This document shows, piece after piece, positions 25,795 to 38,399 of a stretch of DNA of 64,000 bases. A program made the translations under genes and the position numbers. The stretch comes from Camelus ferus (taxonomy: Eukaryota). Within the stretch, counting starts at the first letter, position 1. The number at the start of each line of letters is the position of its first letter. The notes beneath the pieces are model-generated. The model saw only the letters and a program-made list of their open reading frames with translations, had not been told where the DNA came from and searched no databases. The stretch is from assembly GCF_009834535.1 (NCBI RefSeq), contig NC_045696.1, positions 14,510,001-14,574,000 on the forward strand. Reading direction: 5' to 3'.

Positions 25795-26230
25795 AATTTT
25801 TTTAGCTTTGTTGAGGTATAATTGACATACAAAAACTGCACACATTTAATGTATGTATTTTGATAAGTTTGGATGTATGCATACACCTGTTATACCATCA
25901 CCACAAGCAAGACCCTGAACCACATATCTATCCTCTTATATAAAGAGTACAATATTGTTGTTAATTATGGAGACTGTTTTACAGCCAGTCCATAGAACTT
26001 ACTCATCTTGCATAGCAGAAACTTTATACCCATTGAAAAACAATTCCCCATTTCCCTTTGCCCCAGCGCCTGGCAACCACCATTCTACCTCTGCTTCTAT
26101 GAGTTTGACTCTTCTAGATTCCTAGTATAAGGAGTATTATGCAATATTTACCCTTCTGTGTGTGGCTTATTTTACTTAGCATAATGTCTTCAAGGTACAT
26201 CCATATTGTGACAAATGGCAGAATTTTTTA
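25795..26230 (-). mobile_element. L1MA-type 3' UTR fragment
   Basis: gctttgttgaggtataattgacatac...cctggcaaccaccattctac...ttacttagcataatgtcttcaagg...acaaatggcagaattt. Confidence 0.85.
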
Positions 26231-26239
26231 TTTGACTAC

Positions 26240-26560
26240 ATAACTAATCTTGCTAAGTTTATTTATGAGTTACAGGAAATATTTTGTAGATTATTTAGAA
26301 TTTCCTACACACATATTTACTATTTGAAAAAAAAATCTGCATTGTATTGTATGTAAGTATGTATGTATGTGTTATTTATATTATTCCACTGGCTGGATCT
26401 TTTAGTGCAGGGATGCGTAAACATGATAAAATGTATATCACTGCCTTGTTCCTGATATTAAGCAGGATTGGTTCAGTCTTTCATTATTAAGTATGATTTT
26501 AACTGTAGAATTTTTCTTTATACATAAACTTTATCAGGTTGAGAAAATTTTCTCTTATCG
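26240..26560 (-). mobile_element. Old L1M ORF2 fragment
   Basis: ccttgttcctgatattaag...ttcagtctttcattattaagtatgattttaactgtag...tttatcaggttgagaaa. Confidence 0.65.
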
Positions 26561-26659
26561 ACTCAATGTAATTAGTCTCCCTCAGCAACTTGTATTCTTT
26601 GTATCTTTTGTTTTTCATGTAACTTGTTTCTTCATTATTAAGTCTCAAATTCTTCTCTA

Positions 26660-27001
26660 TGTGGTTTTTCTTTTGGTTTCACATGGGGTCTCCCATGTGG
26701 TTGCAGTAAGGTAGTATCTGGGGTGGGAGTAATGGAAGACTCAGTCAGAAGGCTAAGACAGCTGTCACTCTTTCCCCCAATATGTGGTCTTTGGGCATTT
26801 CCATAGAGTCTCTCCAGCTGGGTAACTGGCACCTTTTGTGGTGGCTCAGGGTTCCCAAGAGCTCAAAATTAGAAACCGGAAACTTTCTTAATGTATAGGT
26901 TAAGAATTGGCTCTTCATTCATTGTGGGCATTGACTACACAAGAGTTCAAATTATGGGAGGCTGGTTCACTGGGAGCCTTCTTTGGAGACGAGTTACCAC
27001 A
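26660..27001 (-). mobile_element. MLT1-type LTR fragment
   Basis: ggggtctcccatgtggttgcag...gtctctccagctgggtaactgg...gtggctcagggttccc...ggttcactgggagcc...ttaccaca. Confidence 0.6.
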
Positions 27002-27849
27002 ACCTGCCACCGTACATTTCATTTGTAGTATTTAAGTACTTTTCTTAGCTATTTCTGTAATATGGATTTCAGGTAACATCCCTCAGATACGATCTAACAG
27101 TCAAGGTTGTAGATTACAAGTAACTTTTCTACCTATGTATCTCCCACTGACTTTTCTAAATTATTTAAATATAAATTACAGAAAATATATAATCATAGAT
27201 CTGTACTCTTACTAATTTACATTTTGTGCATATTAACGTAAATAGTAAAACTATAGTGCTAAACTCCTAGAAAAATATTTGAAACAAATATCAAGGTAAT
27301 TTATTTATACAAAAACCTACATGAACATGAAAATAAACACTAAGCCTCTAATAAAACTAAAAGAAAAACTGGGAGACTGAATCAAAAATGCTCAAGAGTT
27401 AAGATACATGAATAACAATATGAATAAGAAATAAAGCTATGCTTAATTTTTTTAAAATTATTTATTACTTGAATTTATGCTTAATTTTAAATAATGCTAT
27501 GTTTACAAAAACCAAAACAAACTGAAAAAAAAGACGTGCAAGTATTTCTAAACTAAAACTCTAGACTTAGGCTTGTCCTGCAGAGGATTTCTGCAGGTGT
27601 TTGCCTTCAGGAAATTTGTGCAAAAGAGAGACAGTGTGTCACAAAAGGATTTCTCCCTATGAAAGTAAGTGATTTCTACTGAAATAAATACAAAAAATTG
27701 TATAGATAAACAAGGTAAACATAACTGATAAATATTGTACTTGTGGAAGTAAAATTTGCTACAAGATGTTGTAGTTAAAGTAATTTCTTGATCATTTGAA
27801 GATGATTGTCTAATTGTGATTTAGTCAGTCTGGGACCTTATTCTCAGCT

Positions 27850-28215
27850 CCACCTTTCAGCCCTTGCTCACGCTGTTCAGATTCTCAGTAATTTATTTAT
27901 TATGCTTTCTCTTCCCTTTTCTGGACATCTAAATTGGACAGTGGTAAGCACGGGTCATAACTCTCCAACAAAGCCTTCCTTAAGGATGTCGGTTCATAGG
28001 CAACCCTGTCTTCTTCTTTCTCATGCAACTGTCACGTTGAACCACTCAGGATTGTCATCTCTTACTCTTACTTCATTGTTATTTTTTCTTTTGTGATTTT
28101 CTCATTGAGATTCTTAATGCCTCTGTAACTAAAGACCAAGCCTTGTATCCATTGTTTCCCTCATATTTTAAACAGTGAAATCCTATTTTAAGACAGTAAA
28201 TATTTGTTAAATTAG
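27850..28215 (+). mobile_element. L2 3' fragment, degraded
   Basis: cccttgctcacgctgttc...aagccttcct...ccttgtatccattg...agtaaatatttgttaaatt. Confidence 0.5.
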
Positions 28216-30499
28216 GCAGAATTCAATCTAAAAATGTTAATGTCTTTCTTCTGTTAGCCTAATTTTGACATATTTTTCACCAACTTCTCAAGTAAAAGTC
28301 AGTAATTCAAAAATGAGGTTCAAAATAATTTGAACATGTAGTAGTCTGATCTTCAAGGATTCAGGTACAAGAAAGTGCACACACACACAAACACACAAGC
28401 CATAGTTCAGATTCTTCACATTGAAAAACAATGAAATATTTTATGTGCCACTTAACCAAACCATTTATTGTGTTCATTTTAAACTGTATTCTGCAAAAAG
28501 CATGGTGTTTTGATACTTACTAAAATAATAATTACTAATAATTCTTAAGCATTCAATTCCATTTGGCATCACTATGTCATTCAGCTCCACAAACTCCATA
28601 AATTTAGACGCTGAGCTGGAGAGAGCACTTAACTCATCCAGGCTTAGGTAGCTCTGGGAGGGCAGGGGGTGTGTCTGAGCATCACTGCATCCTTAGCAGC
28701 TGGCAGGAACAGTACTACATGAGTACTCTAGCAAATTTTCAGAGCCGATAATTAATTGCATTAAAGGATCTGCTTGGATATTTGCAAACATTATTAAATC
28801 ATTTTCTCCACAAGCTTCGTATATTTTGGTGATTGCCATTATAACTCAACAAAGTTATTATTATAGAGGATAAAATCTACCTGGAAAAAAACTTCATTCG
28901 GGTCATTTATGCAAAAGGTTACTGTAGAAAGAACTTCAAATAACTTTTTATCTCTGAGTGGGGAAAGAAACAACCTACCCAAATCCAAACCTTCTTGTTA
29001 ACAATAAATGGTTTTTCTGTTGTTAAAAATACAAGGAGCTGAGGCCAAAAAAGTGGAGACACCAAGTGAAGCAGAAAACACTGCTAAAGCACATATGTAG
29101 CAACATTTTCACTTACATTTGTTTTAAACAAGCAGTTACATTTTGTGGGAGACAAATGTCAAACCTACACAACCATTAATGAGGTGCCACTATAGTCTCA
29201 TGATTCTAGTAGCAACTACTAAGGTCAGAAAAGCAAATTTCTGGCAAAGAGTCAAGGTGTGAACTCTAGCCATGAGATAGCGGCGGTGCCTTACCTTCAG
29301 GCCACATAGAGAGAAACACCCAATAAAAGCAGAGCTTGGTTCACATGAAGCAAGAAAATTCATATTATTAAATCACTATAGAACATAATTATTTGCTGCT
29401 TTACTGCTGACTTCCATTGGCTATTTGCCATTTATTATTCACTACTAACCTGTGCTTAGGTTAAGTGTTTGTCCTAGAAGCGAAAATGTGCCTTATACAC
29501 TAGCAAGTCTCTTTGGTACCGAATGGTCAAAGTCCTTGATTGCGTGTATGTGTTGGTGGGGGGGGAGGGTGGGTAAGGTTTTAACCAGAATTTCAAGATA
29601 CTGCATTTAGGGCAGAAATTCAGATTTGGGGGAAATACAATATTTTAATATATGTTTAATTATGTCTTAGATAAATTTAGAGAACAAGGAAGCCTCAAAA
29701 TATTGGTCTCTTTGTTTGAGTCTTCTCTCTCCCCACCCCTCTACTGTTTGTTCTGAAATTCAGGGTATTTGAACCTTCCAATTTGATCTGATTTTCTTTT
29801 GAATAGAGAGCATGGTACAGGTAAGCCATAAATTGCATTATTCCACACTAAATACTTTTTAAAAGCATGGTAGGAACTAGCTGTTGCAAGAACTATTATT
29901 TATCCTAATTGATCCCAGCTGAGCTTGGAAGGGAGTCTGGCCCAAGAGCCTTCAAAGACTTGCCAAAAAGCTGTCAGGTTTGATAACTCACACCACTCTG
30001 AACTTGGCTCAGAGAGGTCAGTTACAGAGTGAACTCTAAGCTCCCCCCAATATCCAAACCTGCTGAAAAATGCAGATACGCTGCCAGCTGACTTGCAAGC
30101 CACTAGATTTTCAACTTTGTTTTAAGAGGCTCATGTGTTCTTGGAACTGGGGATGTGCTGCTTAGTAGTGAGAAGATGTTCCCATGTGGAGCTACAGAGC
30201 AGATGCGACTATCCTGTGTGCTGGGAGGCATCTGTTTTTTTTAAAAACATGCTTTAGACATTGGCCTAAAGATTTAGGATGAACAGGGGGTATAACAAAA
30301 CCTTGAATTATGCTTCTTTGCTTAAATAACTGAATCCACCCATGAATTTGTATTTTATATTTTTATGTTACATTAATCTTGTTCACATAAATATCCTTAT
30401 CTACGGATGACACAAAGGCTGACGTTGTGCTGCATTATCAGGGCTCCAGAGGAAGGATCTTCCCAGTTCATTTATAACATGAAGTTGTAAGCACCGTGA

Positions 30500-30630
30500 A
30501 GGAAAGAAAACAACATTTGTCTTTTCCTTGTTACAGCTTCTTTGCTTAACACAATCCTTGGTCTCATGATGAGCCCTCAGGAAACATTTGTTGGACAAAT
30601 AAATAAATGCAGAAACAATTGTATGAATGA
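30500..30630 (+). mobile_element. L2 3' end
   Basis: cacaatccttgg...ctcaggaaacatttgttggacaaataaataaatg. Confidence 0.55.
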
Positions 30631-30739
30631 AGAAACCAGTTAGTCTATTTGAAGACTTTTCTTCTTCTTAGTTCAATAAACTTCCTCAAATAATAGATCT
30701 GTTAACTAACCGTATCATGTAAACATTTTGCAATACATG

Positions 30740-30812
30740 CCATCATGTTATAAACCTTAAATTTTCACAATGTTGTATGTCAATTATATCTCAATAAATC
30801 TGGGGAAAATAT
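30740..30812 (+). mobile_element. Short L1 3' terminus
   Basis: accttaaattttcacaatgttgtatgtcaattatatctcaataaa. Confidence 0.65.
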
Positions 30813-31091
30813 AATTTTTAAGTAAATAAATAAAATTCCTCACTATTGCCACTTTTGAAGACATTTTGGTAGAAATACATCATTTAAACTGTATGCCTTC
30901 AGCAGTCTGTTCAAATTTTACCTGCAGGTTTCTGAAATTTCATACTATTCATGGAGAATTTTTTAATGTTGCCCAGATATTGAGGAGATAATTTTATATT
31001 GGAAGTTTTTTTCTTTTCCTTTTTCTAATTTATGGATTTGTGCAGCTTCTTCATATTTTTACCTTCGTATCTGGAATCTGGCTTTGTATCA

Positions 31092-31580
31092 TGATGGATG
31101 AAAGATGACCACATTCTTTGCTCTTCCTAATTGAGAGGAGGGGTCTCTTTTCTTTCTTCTTGAATCTGGATGGGTTCCATGACTCATGCTGACAGTAGAT
31201 TGCCTTAGAAATGGCAAGGTATAACTTCCAAGCTTGAGCCATAAGAGAATTGCACTTCCCTTTGTCCCTGCTGTTGGAATGCCCCCGTGGAAGCCAGTGT
31301 AAGAAGCACAATGACCACCATCTTGTGAGGAAACCTAGTCTTCCTAAATGGAGAGGAAGAGAACACATGAAGGAACACATGGGTGCTAAATATCCGAGTG
31401 AACTTCCTGGACCTTCCAGCATAGTGAAGGAAGAGAGCGAATGATGCCAGTGCCATCTTGCCTGACAAGCCCACTCCTTCCCAAATTCCTGATCCAAGTA
31501 TCATGAGCAAATTCAGTGTTTGTCAAGCGAAGCCAGTAAGTTTTGGGGTATTTTGTATACACAGCAGTATATAACACACT
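31092..31580 (+). mobile_element. MaLR solo LTR, MLT1H-like
   Basis: cttgaatctggatggg...ccaccatcttgtgaggaaacc...cccaaattcctgatcc...aagccagtaagttttggggtattttgtatacacagcagtatataac. Confidence 0.8.
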
Positions 31581-32160
31581 TGCACTTCCACTATGAAAAA
31601 TATTACTCTTCTAAATACAATAGTTGAAAACATACCAAATATTCTCATAATATATACTTTGAGAAACATAAGAAACGACTCCATATTATAACTTGTTGCC
31701 AGCAAGAGCTCTCTGGAGATAAGTCTTTCATTCTAGTATGTATCTATAATGTTAACTTTTCTACACTCCTAGTTAGAAATAAAAATGATCAAAGCTTTAC
31801 CCTGCCATTGTAACACTTTGTACTCAAAAGCTCAACTTTATAAAAATGACTTTTAAATGTAGATGTTTGCTAGAGTTTATTTTATTAACATTTTTAAACT
31901 TGATTATAGTCACACTAGACTTCAGTTGGTTATATTCTCTTTTCCATAAACAAATACCCCATGTCTCCGAGTTATTTATAAAAATGTTATTCAGTAAAGG
32001 GCTTCTCCCCTGCCTAACAATTGCAAAATGCCTTTCATTGTTTTTCTCTATGACTTGCTACGAAATAATTCAAACAACTATTGACTTAGCAATTGCTATT
32101 ACAGCTAGGTTGGGCTGACACTGTAAGAAATGTTATATCTTACTACACTCTCTTTCTTTC

Positions 32161-32640
32161 TGCATTAGTCAGTGTTTGAGTTTGAATGTAAGCAAGAATC
32201 CAAACAAGAGTAAATTAAAATCCAAACAAGAGTAAATTAAACATAATAGAAGTCTGTTTTTTTCCATAAAATTCCAAGCAGCTCTGACGGCTCCACTCAG
32301 CAAAGTCAAAAAAGGCGCCTAAGTTCCCTCTATCAGGTGGCACTCTATTACCCCGTAGGATGCTGTACTTAACTTCAGGGTTGATCGTGGACCAGCGAGA
32401 AGAGACAAGGCTGCCGGGGATGGCACATCCTTTCCTACAAGGACGCTACCTAGAAGGTGAACTGATAACTTTCACCCAAATCCCAACAGGTCTAAGTTAG
32501 TCACATGATCATGCCTAGATGCAAGGGGGCTTGAAATACGTATTTTCATTCTGGGTATCTACTTATAGAGCTAACATTTTTATTGCTATGGGAAAAGGGA
32601 AATACAGATATTTAGATGCAACTAGTGTTTGTCACACTTC
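32161..32640 (-). mobile_element. MLT1-type LTR containing a perfect 22-bp tandem duplication (32197-32240)
   Basis: tgcattagtcag...agttagtcacatgatcatgcctagatgcaagggggcttgaaat; (aatccaaacaagagtaaattaa)2. Confidence 0.6.
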
Positions 32641-34094
32641 TTTATCCATAAAGGACTGAATAACTGATAAAAAGGTGATGTCCTTCCTTCTCCCTAACCA
32701 ATGCTGAGGAGACTGGGGGGTGGAGTCCTGTCCCCTGAGTAGCACAAGTGCAGGAAACCAGCTCATTGCCTGAATGTTTCTGTATGTCTAGGTCAGTATC
32801 CTCTTTTCATCTGGTGAATCCAGGAGCCCCAAATAGCCCTGTGATGTTAATAACGGAGAGCAAACATTTCCAATTTTTGTACCTAGGACAGCTTTCACAC
32901 AGCAGTTTTGGTTCATCATTTAGCCTCTGAGTTTTTCAGAGAAATATATGAATTTCTATTCAACATTAAATGTTTTTTGATTGCCTCTCCCAGGCACAAT
33001 ATGATTTTTTTAGAGAAACCTTATTAATATTCTTATGTAATAATTAGAAAAATGCGGGTTCTAATGCTCCTTTTCTTGGCCGCGTTTTGTATAAGAACTT
33101 CCTCCACACCTGCTCTGTAACTGGAAGTGACTTTTCTCTAACGGCTGAAATTCTCCTTATCTTTGGCTAGAGACCTTTTTTTCCATCTGGGTAAGGAAGA
33201 GGCATCCAAGATTACTTGCACACGACTATCGTTTTGAGACATCTTTTTCACCACTGATCTTTTCTGAGATATTTGCCGTAACATATAGTTTCTTCATCCT
33301 GACAGTCATCCAATCTACAACCTCTTAACAGTCTCATTTCTTGAATACTTGGTCCACTATTTTTCTCTCCCCCCTAGTCCGATTATTAGCTTCATCATCC
33401 AAGTGAGTGATTCTTCTAGCATGCTGGCTCAGAATGCTTCAATCCTTATAAAACCGAGGTCTGCCCATTTTATTTGGTATCTACAAACATAAATGATGTA
33501 ACCTTGATTGAAATTATCACCTTTGTTTCGTCTCTCGCTACAGTTTTGAATGCTGAAATTTCTCTGCCTTGAAAGCGAAGAATTACAAGAGTAGTTCTTT
33601 TTAATATACTTTATCTCTCTCACTTCCATAACCCTATTAAGCCTGTTCTTTTTAAATCTTAATTCTAACATTTGCTGTTCCTTTATTCTCCAAATCCAAA
33701 GCCTACTTCTAATTTCACTCTCCTTCATTGCCAGCCAGGATACTAAAGGCAGCCATGTGATTTGTCACACAAGCCTCCAAAAGCATCAGTATACAGGCTA
33801 CACCACAATGACTGCATTGACAATCTGTTATTATATCCACTGATTGATTTTTCTACGTCTGCTCTCCAAATTGCAGTTGCTAAAAACTCAAAAACATGCC
33901 GACCACATCCACTTCGAGTTAATGTTATTCTCATCGTTCCTCACTTAAAAAAAAATCATTATCATGTTCCTTTCAACAGGTGTTCCAAGTGGACTCTCAA
34001 CTAACTGCCAATTCCCCTATTCTCAGAGGATCCAATTTCCTCCATCCTCCCCAAATAATGAAATCATACGACAAGAATTATTTTACTTCCACGA

Positions 34095-34230
34095 GTCCAT
34101 TCCATAAACCTATGTTGAGGAACCTGCCCTGTGTCAGGTGCTAGAGATGAAGGGACATTAAGCCAGGATTCATCTATCACAAAGTTCATGTCTGGAAGGA
34201 GAAACACATGAACAGTAATTTTAAGTAAGT
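34095..34230 (-). mobile_element. L2 3' end
   Basis: tatgttgaggaacctgccctgtgtcaggtgctagagatg. Confidence 0.55.
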
Positions 34231-35297
34231 ATGTTAAAGTTTACACATGTAGTTCTTCTTTCTCTCTTTCCTACTTTTTTTTTTTCTCTTTATCTTCATT
34301 TACTTTTTTTGCTTCCTACCTAGGAGAAACAAAAGCCCCCTCTACCTTCCAATGTTCTTTCCTTAAGCAACTAACATATGCCATCACCATACAAATTCTT
34401 GGATCTTTTGATGCTATGCTAATAAGTTCCTTCCTCCTTCACTGTGTCTATTTTTTTTAAAGTCTATGAACATTATCAAGTCCTAAGATGAAAATTGTCT
34501 TCCCTGGGTCCAGTTATTTCTCAATAATAATAGTTTAAAAATCATTTTCTCTACTCTGAGTATAATTTGTTCATTGTAAACTTAAAATCCAGCTTCATAT
34601 CCACCATACACTGAAGTTTGCCTTGCCAACTTCCAATCCAATTATCTTTATTTTTTCTTTATCTTCTTAGAATATCTTACTTCCTGAAATTCTTTTCAAC
34701 TGTTTTTTTTTTTTAATTATTGTTCCTACCAGGAAAAATCTACTCATCTTTCACATGTTAGTGTTAGTGTTTCTCTTTTGTGAAGACATCTTGACACCAC
34801 CAGCCTCTCAAATTAATATCTTTAATTTCACTTATTGTTTGCTCAGACTGCAATCACACCTAATTCACAATAGTTTATATTTTAGAAAAAGTTAATTAAT
34901 TTGAGCAACGAAACAGAAATAAAATTCTAGACTATAATAAGTCATTGGATTTGATATATTTGAGTTAAATGAGAAAGTGAATCCAGTAAATAAATATGAG
35001 TGGTAGATTACTTATTGTGGAGGTCCTAGAAAGCCACACAAGCTTTCTGAACTCTAGTACCATTTCCCTCCATATTTATGGTGCCAGCCCCATTTCTTAT
35101 TTTACCTTTTGGTAGGTAGTTTTGACAGTGGCAAGGGTGAGCTGGACAGAGTTATTTAATCAAATGTTAAAGAGGCAGTTTCTGGGACACTTGACATTTG
35201 TCGTAGGTTTACTATTTATTTCATTCTGATGTGTATTAGTATTTATTTGATTTTAATGCAATTTTCTGATAACACTGACCTGGATCATCTAACGTAT

Positions 35298-35564
35298 TTC
35301 TTTTTCTTTCTTTTTTTTTTTTTTTTTTTCTCCAGCATTAAGATCTTCACTCTTTTTTTTTTTTAACATTTTTTATTGATTTATAATCATTTTACAATGT
35401 TGTGTCAAATTCCAGTGTTCAGCACAATTTTTTCAGTCATTCATGGACATATACACACTCATTGTCACATTTTTTTCTCTGTGAGTTATCATAACATTTT
35501 GTGTATATTTCCCTGTGCTATACAGTGTAATCTTGTTTATCTATTCTACAATTTTGAAATCCCA
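35298..35564 (-). mobile_element. Short 5'-truncated L1 3' end (related to the 11901 element) with a second poly(A) 23 nt downstream
   Basis: 35365-35564 aligns by eye with 11910-12109 (tcattttacaatgttgtgtcaaa...tttccctgtgctatacag...aaatccca); T-tracts at 35353-35364 and 35298-35329. Confidence 0.88.
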
Positions 35565-36759
35565 TTCTACCATATGTGTGTATGTAGATCCCTTAGCTAG
35601 CTGGAACCAGTTTTAACAGACTTCAGAATTGTATGTATTCAAAGCTTCTTAAGTTAAACTAATTTGATGAGAAGAGTTTAACATCAGGATTGAGGATGAT
35701 CTCCTGAAGCTTCATCCATAGGAAATCTGGATTGTGGAGATTACTTTCCTATGGCTATTTCCCTAGGGGTAGATGCCTGAATAAAGGGGGAAAAAATCAG
35801 TGTCCTTTATTTCAACACTTATAATTCTAAACTGCAAGTTATAGAATGTGCTTAGGGAAAATTTCAGAAACATTATTAATTATACACCAGCTTTAATAAA
35901 TGAATATCAATTATCATTTTATTTTCCCTCTGCTTAATATGTCTTAGAGTAGAGTTTCTTTAGAACATATTGAAAGTGACCTTTCCATGACTTATACAAC
36001 AAACTTGATTATTCATCTAATTGGTGGGAGTGAGATTATGGAAGTAATTTACTCTCTTCAATTGCATAAGTAAATCCACTGATGCGAAAGAAGACACATT
36101 ATTTAACTAAAATGGTCTTTTGAAATGGAGGAAACTTTTATCTAATTACATACAATTGGATTTTATAAAGGTTTAAATTAGCCTTGACTACCACTTATCT
36201 GGGCAACAGTTTATCCTATATTCTGAGTCACTGAAGACTGCTGAGAAGCAAAAATGAAAGTTTTATCTTGCCAAAATTAGCAAAATAATGCTGTAAGATG
36301 CTCTTAGATAAGGTCAGGATAAAGTTCAAACTAACCTCATTTTAGCAATATCCTTCGGCAGTGGGAAGAAAGGGAGTTAACAAAGATTTCCTTAGGAGAC
36401 TCCGGGCTGACCTATCAGGACCTGAAGTCGACAGAGATTTGGAGATATAAAATATGCCATGGCTTCTATAACAGGATAAATAGTAGTATTTTCCTATACC
36501 ATGACTGACAGAATAATTTACTTGAATTTAAGTCTTAGAAAGCTCCATCTGCATCTTATATTGTCAAGAATTCTCAGTAAGATTCTAAACTATTTCACAA
36601 ACTGCTGAAAACTGGAAAAGATCCAGGAGAAGCTCTTCTGCCACTGGAATTGTTCCTGTTGTCTGATTTGACGAGCCTCAACTATTGTTAAAAAAACACG
36701 TACACTTGCCCTACAGGAAAAGTTCCCTAAGCATAGAATATTAAAAATTGTTCCTAGAA

Positions 36760-37390
36760 AAACGTATTGAAAGTTAACAATTCCAAGTGTTATCTAGGAT
36801 GTGAGTAACTGGCACCTTCATATGTTGCTGGTGGGTGTATAAAGTGATATAATTACTTTTGAAAGATTTGCTATTTCTTATAAAGTTAAACATACACCTA
36901 CCCTATGACCATGTAATTTTACTCCTGGGTGTTTATCCAAGAGAAATGTTAATATATGTCCATGAAAAAACTTGAACAAGAATATGTGTAGTAGCTTTTA
37001 TGTAAAATAGCCAAAGACCAGATATAATCCAAATATTTATCTACAGAAAAGTTAGTAAACAGATTGTGAAATAATATTCCATGCTGAAAAAGAATCAACA
37101 ACTGATGGATACAACAAAACAGATGACTCTCACAAGCCTTATGCTAACAGAGAGATTCACAAATGAGGATATACAGTATGACTTCATTTATATGACACTT
37201 TAAAGTAAACCAGTGGTTTTCTGGTGCTTCAGACAGAGTAGGGATTGAGTGCAAAGATCTTGTGTAGTAGACATAATTGTGTATACACTCGTCAAAATGC
37301 ACCTAACTATACAGGTAAAATATGCTCATTTTAATGTATGTAAATTTTATGTTACATATAATATATATCATGTTTAAATTGACTTAAAAC
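36760..37390 (+). mobile_element. Old L1 (L1ME-like) 3' region
   Basis: gttgctggtgggtgtataaagtg...aaagttaaacatacacctaccctatgacc...ttactcctgggtgtttatccaagagaaatg. Confidence 0.8.
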
Positions 37391-38049
37391 TAGGAAATCA
37401 GTGAATACTATAACACATCAATCATTCTGATAAGAAAACCCATATGATCATTTCAATTGATTACAAAAATAAAAACAACTTTAACTCCCATTTTGATTAA
37501 AAAGAAAAGAAAAACAAAGGAAAACATGTATAAAGGTAAACTAGAGAGTTATTTTTTAAAATATGGTTAAGAATATATGAAATCAATAGCCATTAGTATA
37601 TTTAATTATGAAATGGTTAAGACTTTCCAATAGGAGTTAGCTAAAAAAAGGAAAGAAGAAATTCCTCTATTAATGAGATGTTTAAGTATTGGAAAGAGAT
37701 CAGTATTTGCAGACATTTTGATTAATTCTAGAAAACTCAAGATAGCTAAATAAAAACAAACAGAATTACGCAGGGGTGCAGTTAGGAGAATAAGAACAAA
37801 CAGAGAAGGCTGAGGTTTCCTGCATAAATGATGAGTTAGAAGGAAATATCTACACACAAATTAAGTACACAAAAGAAGTGTATCTTTACAGGATAGTTAT
37901 AAGAACTGTAGAAAGAATATTATAATAATTATGGGTATGTGCATATGTAATATTTTGAATGAATTGAAATATATTTTGGTTAAACTATTTATTGAAAGTC
38001 TAAACATTGTCAAGTGTCCCAGGATTAATTTACACTTTTCTGGTAGTCA

Positions 38050-38262
38050 GGCAGCAAGAAATGAGGACGTCAGTGTGACAGCTGTGAGGAACAGATTCTG
38101 CCAAGAACAGAAATGAACTTGGGAAAGGATCCCCAGCTGCCAGATGAGAACACAGCTTGAACAGAGAGCCCAACCACAGTGCACTGGACTTCTGACCTAC
38201 AGAACTTTGAGTTGCTAAATCTGTGATAATAAATTACACAGCAATAGAAAACTAATGTGACA
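38050..38262 (+). mobile_element. MLT1 (D/E/F-like) LTR 3' part
   Basis: attctgccaagaacagaaatgaacttggg...ccagatgagaacacagc...gacttctgacctacagaact...ttacacagcaatagaaaactaat. Confidence 0.75.
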
Positions 38263-38399
38263 TGTACATATTCCCAGTCAGAGTCTGGGGGAAACATTTT
38301 TAATATTAACATGCTAAGTCGATTCATCTGGTGAAATGAAGTTTTTTTTTTTTAAGTTACAAATAATCTAAAGAAAAGTCAGAATAAAAAAGAAAGTAC

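Noticed and set aside
31051..31510. 148-aa and 101-aa ORFs
   Set aside because: Antisense readings of an MLT1 LTR with no protein signature
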